From NCBI GenBank assembly GCA_964474345.1, contig CAYYSK010000001.1, forward strand, positions 6,955 to 51,988: a stretch of DNA of 45,034 nt, in the 5' to 3' direction. The DNA is from an uncultured Flavobacteriaceae bacterium. GTDB lineage: Bacteria; Bacteroidota; Bacteroidia; Flavobacteriales; Flavobacteriaceae. The position numbers and the translations under genes were made by a program. Below are positions 8,093 through 17,615 of this stretch, piece after piece (the first letter of the stretch is position 1; each line of letters begins with the position of its first letter). The notes below the pieces were generated by a model. That model worked only from the letters and a program-made list of their open reading frames with translations, searched no databases and was not told the origin of the DNA.

Positions 8093-11000
8093 ATGACAAA
8101 AAACACTTCATACCCAATGATAAAGGGAGTACTCCCTTTAGAAAAGATTTCTTCCAATGTAGAAGAAATCAAAAAGGTATTGGAGAAAGCATTACATGAA
8201 ATACAGGGAGAAGATTTTATGGATAATTATGGTGCACCTGAATTATATACGTTACATCTTTTGACGACAAATCGATTAGAAGTCCATTTTCTATTTACAA
8301 ATCGATTACATATACATACAGGTTTTAAAATCCCATATCCTACTGAAGGATTGCTACAAGTATCAAACAATGTTGAAGTTGCCTTTTTCTTTGATAACGC
8401 TTCTGTCTGGTATTTAACTATAAGAAAGCAAAACCGCCCTAATGGAGGAAGAATCTTTAATCTTTTAACTGCACAATCTTATATAGAAGTATCAGCAAAA
8501 AACAAAACTCTTGATGCACATGGTGAATTTAATTTTAATAAGAAATTTGGTGCCGCTCATGTAAAAGCCCGACTCTATACTAAAATAGGAGGAGCAGTAA
8601 GTGTTGATCGTTCTCAAATAGGCGGATATCTTGAAGTTGGTGGGTTTTTAGATATTAATTTATGGGGGATTTCAGCAAGGAAGGGCTACCGAGGTATTCT
8701 TGGAGTAGAAGCCCCTAGCCCTTCTCTGACAAAAGGTAAAGTATGCCTTGCTGCCCGTTTAAAAATAAGAAATAGCTATGTAGCACATCAAATAGTTATT
8801 CCCATTCAATGGAAACAGGATACTACGATAGATAGAAGCCCTATAATACCCTTTCCGAAAAAGAATTCAAAGAAGGCAGTCAAACAAATACAAGGGGTTC
8901 ACATGCTTACTGGAGAAACGTTTGATTTAATAGACTTGACAGAACAATATGATACCAGAGGAGACGATGCCGTATTTAATAATGCTATAATTCCTTTAGA
9001 TACGTATATAGATATTAAATTTTTAAAAGGTCTTTCTGTTGCTCGTTCTAATGATCCAAATAATCAGCTTCACACGCATCTAAATACTTGGGGAATTACG
9101 CAGGAAGTACAGGAACTTATAGGAGGCATAAGCAATCCTCCTGAAGAGAATCAGCAATTAATGCCTCCTCAAAAAACAGTAAAAGGAGGGCATACACTCC
9201 GTCAGGTACAACATAAGTATCATATTAACGGAATGAATATAGAAGCCTGGAATGGTACTCATTGGATATCTTATAATCCGTACAAAGCCGTTACTGCTAA
9301 AAATAGCTTGATTCCTGTGCAAGATGTCAGTGACTTTACGTTAGGACATTGGCAAAAAACGAGCAAAGCTTACGATCAAATCCGATTGTTGAGTAGTAAT
9401 CCGTTCACGTACATGGAACAAAGAAAAGAAGACTGGTACGCACCGGAAGAATTAGGAATTACGACTTCTACCCTTTTCTGTGAAAGTCAACCCAAACCCT
9501 TAGTATCTGTTAATTGGAAAAACAGACCTCGAGGAGAACGTTATTATATGCCATCTAGCAACCCAAATCATTTTTTTAATATAGGTCCTTTATTTTTTCA
9601 GGTGACAAGTAATAAAACCATGCAAGCTGCGTATGGAAAAGTAGCTACTCAATACAGTAATTTTGATTTTCCGCAATCGCTTAAAATTCATAACAGAAAC
9701 ATAATTACTTTAAAATTTCCAAATGCTGTACAAGAAGTACGATTAAAACTCTCCAGTACTGCGAGAGGAGTACACATTAGATGTTACAAAACGATTATTG
9801 ATGAGGAAGGGAATAGTAATTACACTTTGATTCCTGGAGGAGACATTTATAAATTTTCATCAAAACTCTACAGAGAATTTGTATTTAGTAATACTGAGCA
9901 GGGTATTGATCGTGTGGAGATAGATCCAGAAACAGAAAATGTAGAAAAAATTAGTATTATACTAGAAGAAATTGCACAATTATTAGAAGATACTTCTACC
10001 ATTTTTTCAGAAAACCCCAGAGCGTTTTTACGTCCGAAAGATCAAGAACGTTATGATTTACTTCTTTCTGAGTTAGAAGAAGTGAAAAGTATAGGTTGTG
10101 ATATAGATATCCGACCACCAAAAGGAATTGGTGCGATGCAAATAGGAACAAATGCAGACGATGCTACCTTTATTGTAGAAATAGATGCTTTTGGAAATGA
10201 AGGTATTGATGAACCTTTACCTAGTACAAACAATAGACTAAAATGCTATACACTGTTACATGAAGTACAATGGTTGTCACTCACCGATTGGGAATATAAT
10301 CAAGAAATCCCTACACAAGAAGCCATACGTAATGATGTGATCGCTACTATAAATGCTGCCACACAGGTAGCACAGCCTATCTGGCGACCTGATACTAGTT
10401 ATCGAGTGACCTTTACCGTATCAGATTTGGTGGATAAACAACAATTACATTCTTTCCCGTATCGTTTTGGATTTAAAACTGCAGGTCCTTTAGGGCATTT
10501 TCATAATGCACCTTATGTCACTTATGGTAATGAGCGTGATAGTGACGGTTTATTACTCTATCCAGATACGTATCCGTTAACAAATCTTGCTAGTTATATT
10601 GATTATGAACGTTCGTATCCGAATGCCAATAGCAATTTATATAATGCAAAACCTATGTTTTATGGCACCGAAGGAGGAACGAATGAAATCAAATTGTTTT
10701 TTACAAAACCCTATCTAAATCATATGATGGGAAATTGGGAAGCTTTTGATAGTTTTAATTCACTTTTTGGAGAAATGAAAATAGTTATTAAAAGTGCTAT
10801 CAAAGACATTACACTTGACATGCCTATTGTACCTGGAGAAGATACTTCTGAAATGGCTTTAGGAATCGAATCATGGAATCTAGATGATCATCCAAGACTG
10901 CCACTTCATATACAAACCTTCCAGAACTTGTTGGATAGAACCAATAGCGATATGAATTCAGGAAGTTGTCCTATTGGAATAGAAGATAAGATGATTCCTA

Positions 11001-11728
11001 AAAGTTACTACCTAACAGTCACCATTAATCATTTAAAACCTGAAAAAATATATACCGCTATTGTTAATAGTCATTATAAAGACAAAGTCGTACCGGTTCA
11101 TGTGTTTGATTTTCAAACCTCTCGTTATAAGAGTTTTAAAGAGCAGGTGGAGAGTTGTCTCTTCAAAGATGAATTTAATACAATTATTAGCCATGCCATT
11201 TATGACATTCCTGTTTCAGTAACCTCCACTCAAATACAACAAGTCTATACGTTAATTGCAGAAGGGTTTAATAACAATGCTTTCGCGAAAGCAATAGACC
11301 CTTTTGATAGCGCAGTGGAAGAATTATTGAAGATTAAACCATTAGACCCTGCCGTTACCACGGAATTTAACTTGATAAAAAATACAGAGAATATAGTGGT
11401 AGGACTCCTGATTAGAAATCCAGAACCTTTTAACAATCCTGATATTTCTAGAATAATTACTACGGGAAATACAAATGCTCATTTAAAAACTATTACCATC
11501 ATAGATGCAGACGGTATTGAAGATACTAGTTTTAAAATGATACATGCTAAAGATTATACGCAGTGCTTAATTATGAAACAAGAAACTATTGGAGAGAATT
11601 CGATGTATCAAATTTCTGATACTAGCTTGAACTTTCAATTTAGATATTTAAAATGGGATGGGAATGTATACGCTAATAGACCAGAAAATCAAATTGTAAT
11701 AACTAATCTGCAAATTAATAAGGAGTAA
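8093..11728 (+). CDS. Large hypothetical protein (1211 aa) with Gly/aromatic beta-rich N-terminal region, possibly DUF6603-like
   Basis: Long uninterrupted ORF. Beta-strand runs AQSYIEVSA...IGGYLEVGGFLDINLWGI. No signal peptide or T9SS C-terminal domain seen. Confidence 0.8.
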   Translation: MTKNTSYPMIKGVLPLEKISSNVEEIKKVLEKALHEIQGEDFMDNYGAPELYTLHLLTTNRLEVHFLFTNRLHIHTGFKIPYPTEGLLQVSNNVEVAFFFDNASVWYLTIRKQNRPNGGRIFNLLTAQSYIEVSAKNKTLDAHGEFNFNKKFGAAHVKARLYTKIGGAVSVDRSQIGGYLEVGGFLDINLWGISARKGYRGILGVEAPSPSLTKGKVCLAARLKIRNSYVAHQIVIPIQWKQDTTIDRSPIIPFPKKNSKKAVKQIQGVHMLTGETFDLIDLTEQYDTRGDDAVFNNAIIPLDTYIDIKFLKGLSVARSNDPNNQLHTHLNTWGITQEVQELIGGISNPPEENQQLMPPQKTVKGGHTLRQVQHKYHINGMNIEAWNGTHWISYNPYKAVTAKNSLIPVQDVSDFTLGHWQKTSKAYDQIRLLSSNPFTYMEQRKEDWYAPEELGITTSTLFCESQPKPLVSVNWKNRPRGERYYMPSSNPNHFFNIGPLFFQVTSNKTMQAAYGKVATQYSNFDFPQSLKIHNRNIITLKFPNAVQEVRLKLSSTARGVHIRCYKTIIDEEGNSNYTLIPGGDIYKFSSKLYREFVFSNTEQGIDRVEIDPETENVEKISIILEEIAQLLEDTSTIFSENPRAFLRPKDQERYDLLLSELEEVKSIGCDIDIRPPKGIGAMQIGTNADDATFIVEIDAFGNEGIDEPLPSTNNRLKCYTLLHEVQWLSLTDWEYNQEIPTQEAIRNDVIATINAATQVAQPIWRPDTSYRVTFTVSDLVDKQQLHSFPYRFGFKTAGPLGHFHNAPYVTYGNERDSDGLLLYPDTYPLTNLASYIDYERSYPNANSNLYNAKPMFYGTEGGTNEIKLFFTKPYLNHMMGNWEAFDSFNSLFGEMKIVIKSAIKDITLDMPIVPGEDTSEMALGIESWNLDDHPRLPLHIQTFQNLLDRTNSDMNSGSCPIGIEDKMIPKSYYLTVTINHLKPEKIYTAIVNSHYKDKVVPVHVFDFQTSRYKSFKEQVESCLFKDEFNTIISHAIYDIPVSVTSTQIQQVYTLIAEGFNNNAFAKAIDPFDSAVEELLKIKPLDPAVTTEFNLIKNTENIVVGLLIRNPEPFNNPDISRIITTGNTNAHLKTITIIDADGIEDTSFKMIHAKDYTQCLIMKQETIGENSMYQISDTSLNFQFRYLKWDGNVYANRPENQIVITNLQINKE
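11279..11292. repeat. GCTTTCGCGAAAGC palindrome, copy 2 (in CDS, encodes AFAKA)
   Basis: Exact match; extends to 16 bp (TGC...GCA). Confidence 0.9.
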
Positions 11729-11734
11729 AGAGTT

Positions 11735-14700
11735 ATGGAGAATCGGTTTTTTGAAAAGAACATTCATATAGAAAATTCTAATACTCGTTTTGTAAACAAA
11801 ATGGAGCAAAACTTGTATTGGGTATCTACTATTAAATATTTAATCGATCCATATACAAGGTTTACTCTTCTAGTCTCTGATGAAAACCTTAAAGTTCATA
11901 CTACTTATTCATTTAAATTACCTAATGCAAATAAAGAAATTTTAAGTGTCCGGTATATTTTAGAATGTTCTAATGGGGGTATAGTAATTATAGGAACTGT
12001 GGGAGTATATCCTCATCAGAAAAATTCTTTATTTATGTTGAGACTCAATAGTAATGGGGACAAAATTTGGTCAAAAGAAGTTGATGTCGTTATTGCTAAT
12101 TTTAAAATTGATTCGCAAACAATTTCTGCAATTGAATTTTCTCCTTCATTACTATTAATAAGTACTGGTAGATTATTATTCACCATTAATAATAAAGGAG
12201 AATTAATCAATAAAGTGTCAATTGCTTCGCATTCTAAAACACATCTCAAAGTAGAAATTGTAAAGATCGCTAGCACTAAAGTTTTTATTTCAATTAGTCT
12301 ATTTACACAGCCAAATATTTTTTTAATTCTAAGTGATCAATTAAAAATACTTCAATATATAAGTTATAAAGGGGATGATTTTTTTAAAGAAGTTAAATTC
12401 ACGAAAGTTGATGATGAGCTCTATTTTCTTTCTAAGAGTAATAAGCACGACTCAAAAAAACACCTTTTTTCTTTTAATCCGTCTTTAGGAATTCCGAAAA
12501 CCATTCAAACAAAAGTATTTGTTGAATATCAGGATATTAGTAATTATGAAGCTATCTATACCGTAGGAAATCATATTACTAGGATCTCCCGTATTACATC
12601 AGGAAAAACAGTTATTAGGAATTTTACAAAATCGTTAGAATCTATTGATTCAAAAGCAACAACAGAAAAGATATATTTTGCAACCACTACTTCTGACAAC
12701 GCAGCAATCTATACAAGAGGGGAGTTTTTAGGAATCAAAATTCCGGAATCATTGACGAATACCTCTTATATGAGTTTTGATACGATTCCTAATGTACCAT
12801 TAGGAACGGAAACTTTTACAGATGGTTTTTTTAATATCCCTTTTCAACCCACACCTGAAGTTCAAATAAGAGTTTTTGATATAGAGCCTACAACGCCTTA
12901 TCATTTTGAAGTCATCAAGATATGTCCTGTGACATTAAGCTCAGCAAATTCTACAATCACAGCAACACCCATTAAAACAGATGTTAACGGAAAACACCAA
13001 TCCAAAGTTACTGTAAAATTAATGGATGAAGATGGTGACCCTATTCAACTAGAAAATTATAGAATTACTATGCGTAGTACCTCTGGAGAAATCACTTTCC
13101 CTACCCAACTTAGTAAAAGTGTATTCGAGTCTACCATTATTTTAGATAAAAAAAGAATTTCACCCATAGTTTCATTTACGGTAAATGGGAAAATATTTCC
13201 AAATACAGTTTTTATTGATTTTCCGTTTGAGATTCCTATGACTCCTGTAGTTCATATCCAATCTCCTCATCTCTATCTACAAGCAGCTGGGTCTGCCGAA
13301 GGAGATGGAGATCAAAGTACTCCGGGTATTCACTTGCGTTGGTCATTTAAAAATAAATTAGGTAATGAACATGTACCTAAAGGAAATTTAGCCATAGGAA
13401 CCGCCAATTACAACAAACCAGACGATTATGTACGTGTGTATCGAGCCCCTTATCGTAACATATCAGTAACCATTTCTTTAGAAGATGCTCCGCAGTACAT
13501 GAATCATGAGCATGCACATTGGGTATACACCATAGATAACTCAAATTATTATGTCATTTTTAGAGATAGACAAAAATACAATAGTGCGTTACAGGTTATA
13601 AATCTTGAGGAAGGAAACCGTTTAGCGTTTTTAGAATTATATGACGATGGTATTTTTGAAGTAGAGACCCGAAGTCTAGCTTTTGGTGTCAAATGGATCA
13701 CCAATCATCAACTTACAAACAGTTCATTGCAAACCGAACTACGATCAGTAGAAACGAATGCATTGAGTGCTGATAAAAATGTAATTGCCAGAAAAACCTT
13801 TACTGGGAATGCCTTGAATGATACACAGCAATTTGGAGATACGATCCGATCGGTACGATTTAGAGCAATTAATTGTTATGTTACAACGATTCATTTAGAA
13901 TTGTACCAAACCTTCTTACAAACCACTAATACATCGAAAGATTGGTCGTTATTAGGGGATTTTGCGTTGACTACTTCTGATGAAGAAGCCTTACAGCGTT
14001 TAGAAAATATTCCTGGTAGCGTACATGAAAAATGGCCTAGATACACAAATAATAACTTGGTTAATAGTTATAATTATTGGGATAAGTGGAATGGCAAAAG
14101 GAAAAAAGGTGATCGAAATTTAAAACAAGTTGTTGAAAAATATATCGAGCTCAGTAATCAGGAAGGAAATCCATTGGCAGAAGAAATTATTGACTTTTCA
14201 AATGCATTAACCTCTAATGGTGTATCCGATTTACAAGAAGTTTCTAACTTGAATATCCTGCAATTGGCAGCGACAGACTATCATATAGCACGCATGATGG
14301 GATTAGGGCATATCGATACAGCTATCGATAGTGGTGTTCAAAAGTATGTATATATGATGGAGTACCATACGCAAGCATATTTAGAAAATTCACCTACTAT
14401 AGAGAGGAATGATCTATTAAATACTCAGGAAGTACAACATTTTTATATGACCATTCCGACGAGTAAACAAGATACACGTTTACCGTATCCCGTAGATTTA
14501 TTAAGTGTAGAACCTGGAGTTAAAAGCATTGGTTTAGATCAAAACAGTGCTCTCACGGATCTTGGTGGATATACAGCGATCGGAAGACAACAATATCTAA
14601 GTATTTATGCTAAAGAATTAATAGCATATGAAAATGAAAGTTTTTATGAAACTTCCACTCAATTTAATTATTCTGAAGCTACGTATCCTGTATATGCAGG

Positions 14701-17602
14701 AATTTCGTATCGTGAGAAAACGAATGAAAATAACTGGGTAGATTCTGAAATTTCTAGCAATGCTCATTATTTTTCAGCAGGATCGAAGACTACCAGTGAG
14801 GTAATACCTTTGCCTATTCCATTATCAAGAGAGCCTTTATTTATCCATAGAATTCTAAGAGGAGGTATACATGCGTATTTGGGATATGGAATTAATTGGT
14901 TTGGACGTTCCAACATCAGTAAAAATGAACCCTTGGAAATCATAACGGAGTTTCCAGTACAACAATCATTAAAGCCACCTGTTATTATTAGTGCTTTACA
15001 TATCATAGAGGAAGATCAAACCATACTAACATCAGTTAATGAACAAGAGCGCTTCAAAACAAATACCTTTAATGATCCTACTATTGTAAGGCTCCTGTTT
15101 AATTATAATCAAGATCAAGAATTGATTAGCTATCCCGTACATAGTGATGATAGAAGACAATTTACAGAACTACAGTTATTACATCCTACTATCTATAAAC
15201 CTAATCAAAATGAAGTTTTTGCTAATGAAATAGAAGTGTTTTTCAGAAATCGACTCCCACAAAGTATTCGAGGACGCATAAGCACGATTACGAATGATAT
15301 TACAGATTCATCACTTTTCATACTAACTACAGATCAACATATACTTTACAGTAAAAAAAATAAAAACGAGGTAACTGGCGAGTATGAATATGCTGCGATC
15401 ACTCCTGAAATACCAGAAGGTATATCAGTAATCCATTTTACCGGAGGTGTTTTAATGATAGGGATGCAAAAATTTATCATTCATAGTATGAGTGTTGATA
15501 CGAATGGATTTCCTGTTATTAAAATTTATAAGAATTCTATTCAAGAAGTACAACCTATGACTATGACAGGAACTCCTGATATTTCCCGAAATGAGCAGTT
15601 TATAGCCATAGAAAATATGACCGCTATTGAAAGTTGGGGAAGTGAAAATCCTAGCACTTTTAAGATACAAATTCCTAAAGAAATCTGTAAAATACACAGA
15701 GCTCTTATAGAAACGAGTGTAGGTTCAGATACTAACGAATTGGTTTTAGAAAAATTCAGAGGACTTTATGATACCAATGTGACGATCACTCCTGTATTGG
15801 AGACCAATGAAATTAACGATAGTCATAAAGAGATCGCCTCAATGCATAAAGGACTTTATAAAATTCATATGAGTAAAACTTTATCACAACATCCTCAGTT
15901 TAATGAAAAAGGGAATTCTGTAGAATGGCAAGGCGGTACTGTACGAATTCCATCTGAAGCAAACCCTAGAGGATTTAAACGTGTTCTAAGGGTGCTAAAG
16001 ATTGAAAATATAGGAAGTGCTGACGGATTGATTCTTTATGCTTTTGATGCTAGTTTTACAAAGGAAATTTTAGATTCAGATACAGGCAACATTATAGGAT
16101 ATCGATCTGAAAACCCTATACAAAAAGAAGGGCCAATCGCCATTAATTTCTATCCAGGGTATAACGTATATCTATATGCAGACGAACCTTTTGGGTTAAC
16201 TGTTGATACTTTAGCAACTATAAGATCAGAAAACCTACCATATGCTATTTTTGGAGGTCGTTCCAAAGTAGATCAGTATCGATATACCCGAGGAATCCCT
16301 CCTAAATATGTAACAACCCATTATTCAACTATAGGAACTCCGATTTCGATGTTGAGTCGTAGTGTGATCCCTGCATTACGTCCCCAGTTACCTGTAGGAC
16401 CTAGTTATACTACAAGACCTGACTCATATGGAAAGGCAACATATACGTTTACTACTAATTTTAATCATAAACCCTTTGCTGTACAATATAGTAGAGCACA
16501 TGAGCAAGATATATTAAACGCTTTATATACGCCTTCAACCATTGATGAGATAAAAACACAATTAGCTTCTTTTTCAAAAGACGAATATGCAAATTCCAGA
16601 TGGAAAAATGTATTGAGTTTCGATTATAATAATCGTGAAGGCGTCTTTGAGAGATTTCCAGATACGGAAGATGGTTATAGATTCCCGAATCCAGATAACA
16701 TACTTTTATTTGAACGAATTAATAATGCTATTGCAAAATACAATCAAGAAGAAAATCTTACGACTCCTGTTACTACAATAAATGCAGGAAGTCTAATTCC
16801 TGGAGCTGTGGTGATTCCAGGAACAAATGGCAGTGAAGATGTGACTTTAGCAGATTATATAAAAAAAGCAGTATTGGATGTTTTTGTTCCGTTAACAGAA
16901 GTCCCGCTCGTCTTTGATCAGATTGAGAATCGTAACTCATACCAACCTGTTAATAAGAAACAGGTAATTCGAGATAGAAATGGAAATTTATTAAGGCCTA
17001 CTGATGTAGCATATGCTATTGCTCCGATGGCAAAACGAATAGGAAATAATAATGAATTACAATTTACTGATTTTACTTTAGATGGAACGACTAGTCACCT
17101 ATACTTCTATAAGGTACAGGAATGTTCTAATACTATGAAAATAGGGGAAGCGAGTCCTATCTTAGGCCCCGTGTATGTCATGAACACAAATCCATTAGAA
17201 GCTCCTCAATTACGACAGGTATTATCTCTTAGTGAACCTAAACTATCAGTGACATTTGAGTTTGCTCCATATCCTATAGAACAACAAATAGTAAGTATAC
17301 ATCTTTATCGAACATCAGATCGTATAAAAGCAACTTCTATACGAAGTATGGATTTAGTAAAAACAATCGATCTCAGACTGACAGAACCACTGGAAAACTC
17401 AGTGCTGAAAATCACTGATACATCTGAAGATTTACAGCAAATACTATATAAAATTCCCGTTTATTATAGAGTTACGATACGTAACGAGGTTTCATATACT
17501 ATAATAGAAGAAGGTATTGATACACTGATAACAAAGCCGGTGCCTTCTAAAGCTTCGGATTTAATAACAATAGAAATATCAAGTACAGAAAGTAATTCAT
17601 AA
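11735..17602 (+). CDS. Giant hypothetical protein (1955 aa): propeller-like N-terminus, Big_1/invasin-like Ig domain, GIHLRW core, FnIII-like C-terminal domains
   Basis: LFMLRLNSNGDKIWSK (propeller blade-like); SANSTITATP...SKVTVKLMDEDGDPI (Big_1-like, ~aa 399-496); QAAGS...GIHLRW (aa 531-536); FTDFTL...YFYKVQE and IHLYRT...YYRVTI (FnIII-like). Confidence 0.8.
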   Translation: MENRFFEKNIHIENSNTRFVNKMEQNLYWVSTIKYLIDPYTRFTLLVSDENLKVHTTYSFKLPNANKEILSVRYILECSNGGIVIIGTVGVYPHQKNSLFMLRLNSNGDKIWSKEVDVVIANFKIDSQTISAIEFSPSLLLISTGRLLFTINNKGELINKVSIASHSKTHLKVEIVKIASTKVFISISLFTQPNIFLILSDQLKILQYISYKGDDFFKEVKFTKVDDELYFLSKSNKHDSKKHLFSFNPSLGIPKTIQTKVFVEYQDISNYEAIYTVGNHITRISRITSGKTVIRNFTKSLESIDSKATTEKIYFATTTSDNAAIYTRGEFLGIKIPESLTNTSYMSFDTIPNVPLGTETFTDGFFNIPFQPTPEVQIRVFDIEPTTPYHFEVIKICPVTLSSANSTITATPIKTDVNGKHQSKVTVKLMDEDGDPIQLENYRITMRSTSGEITFPTQLSKSVFESTIILDKKRISPIVSFTVNGKIFPNTVFIDFPFEIPMTPVVHIQSPHLYLQAAGSAEGDGDQSTPGIHLRWSFKNKLGNEHVPKGNLAIGTANYNKPDDYVRVYRAPYRNISVTISLEDAPQYMNHEHAHWVYTIDNSNYYVIFRDRQKYNSALQVINLEEGNRLAFLELYDDGIFEVETRSLAFGVKWITNHQLTNSSLQTELRSVETNALSADKNVIARKTFTGNALNDTQQFGDTIRSVRFRAINCYVTTIHLELYQTFLQTTNTSKDWSLLGDFALTTSDEEALQRLENIPGSVHEKWPRYTNNNLVNSYNYWDKWNGKRKKGDRNLKQVVEKYIELSNQEGNPLAEEIIDFSNALTSNGVSDLQEVSNLNILQLAATDYHIARMMGLGHIDTAIDSGVQKYVYMMEYHTQAYLENSPTIERNDLLNTQEVQHFYMTIPTSKQDTRLPYPVDLLSVEPGVKSIGLDQNSALTDLGGYTAIGRQQYLSIYAKELIAYENESFYETSTQFNYSEATYPVYAGISYREKTNENNWVDSEISSNAHYFSAGSKTTSEVIPLPIPLSREPLFIHRILRGGIHAYLGYGINWFGRSNISKNEPLEIITEFPVQQSLKPPVIISALHIIEEDQTILTSVNEQERFKTNTFNDPTIVRLLFNYNQDQELISYPVHSDDRRQFTELQLLHPTIYKPNQNEVFANEIEVFFRNRLPQSIRGRISTITNDITDSSLFILTTDQHILYSKKNKNEVTGEYEYAAITPEIPEGISVIHFTGGVLMIGMQKFIIHSMSVDTNGFPVIKIYKNSIQEVQPMTMTGTPDISRNEQFIAIENMTAIESWGSENPSTFKIQIPKEICKIHRALIETSVGSDTNELVLEKFRGLYDTNVTITPVLETNEINDSHKEIASMHKGLYKIHMSKTLSQHPQFNEKGNSVEWQGGTVRIPSEANPRGFKRVLRVLKIENIGSADGLILYAFDASFTKEILDSDTGNIIGYRSENPIQKEGPIAINFYPGYNVYLYADEPFGLTVDTLATIRSENLPYAIFGGRSKVDQYRYTRGIPPKYVTTHYSTIGTPISMLSRSVIPALRPQLPVGPSYTTRPDSYGKATYTFTTNFNHKPFAVQYSRAHEQDILNALYTPSTIDEIKTQLASFSKDEYANSRWKNVLSFDYNNREGVFERFPDTEDGYRFPNPDNILLFERINNAIAKYNQEENLTTPVTTINAGSLIPGAVVIPGTNGSEDVTLADYIKKAVLDVFVPLTEVPLVFDQIENRNSYQPVNKKQVIRDRNGNLLRPTDVAYAIAPMAKRIGNNNELQFTDFTLDGTTSHLYFYKVQECSNTMKIGEASPILGPVYVMNTNPLEAPQLRQVLSLSEPKLSVTFEFAPYPIEQQIVSIHLYRTSDRIKATSIRSMDLVKTIDLRLTEPLENSVLKITDTSEDLQQILYKIPVYYRVTIRNEVSYTIIEEGIDTLITKPVPSKASDLITIEISSTESNS

Positions 17603-17615
17603 AAAAATAAAAAGC

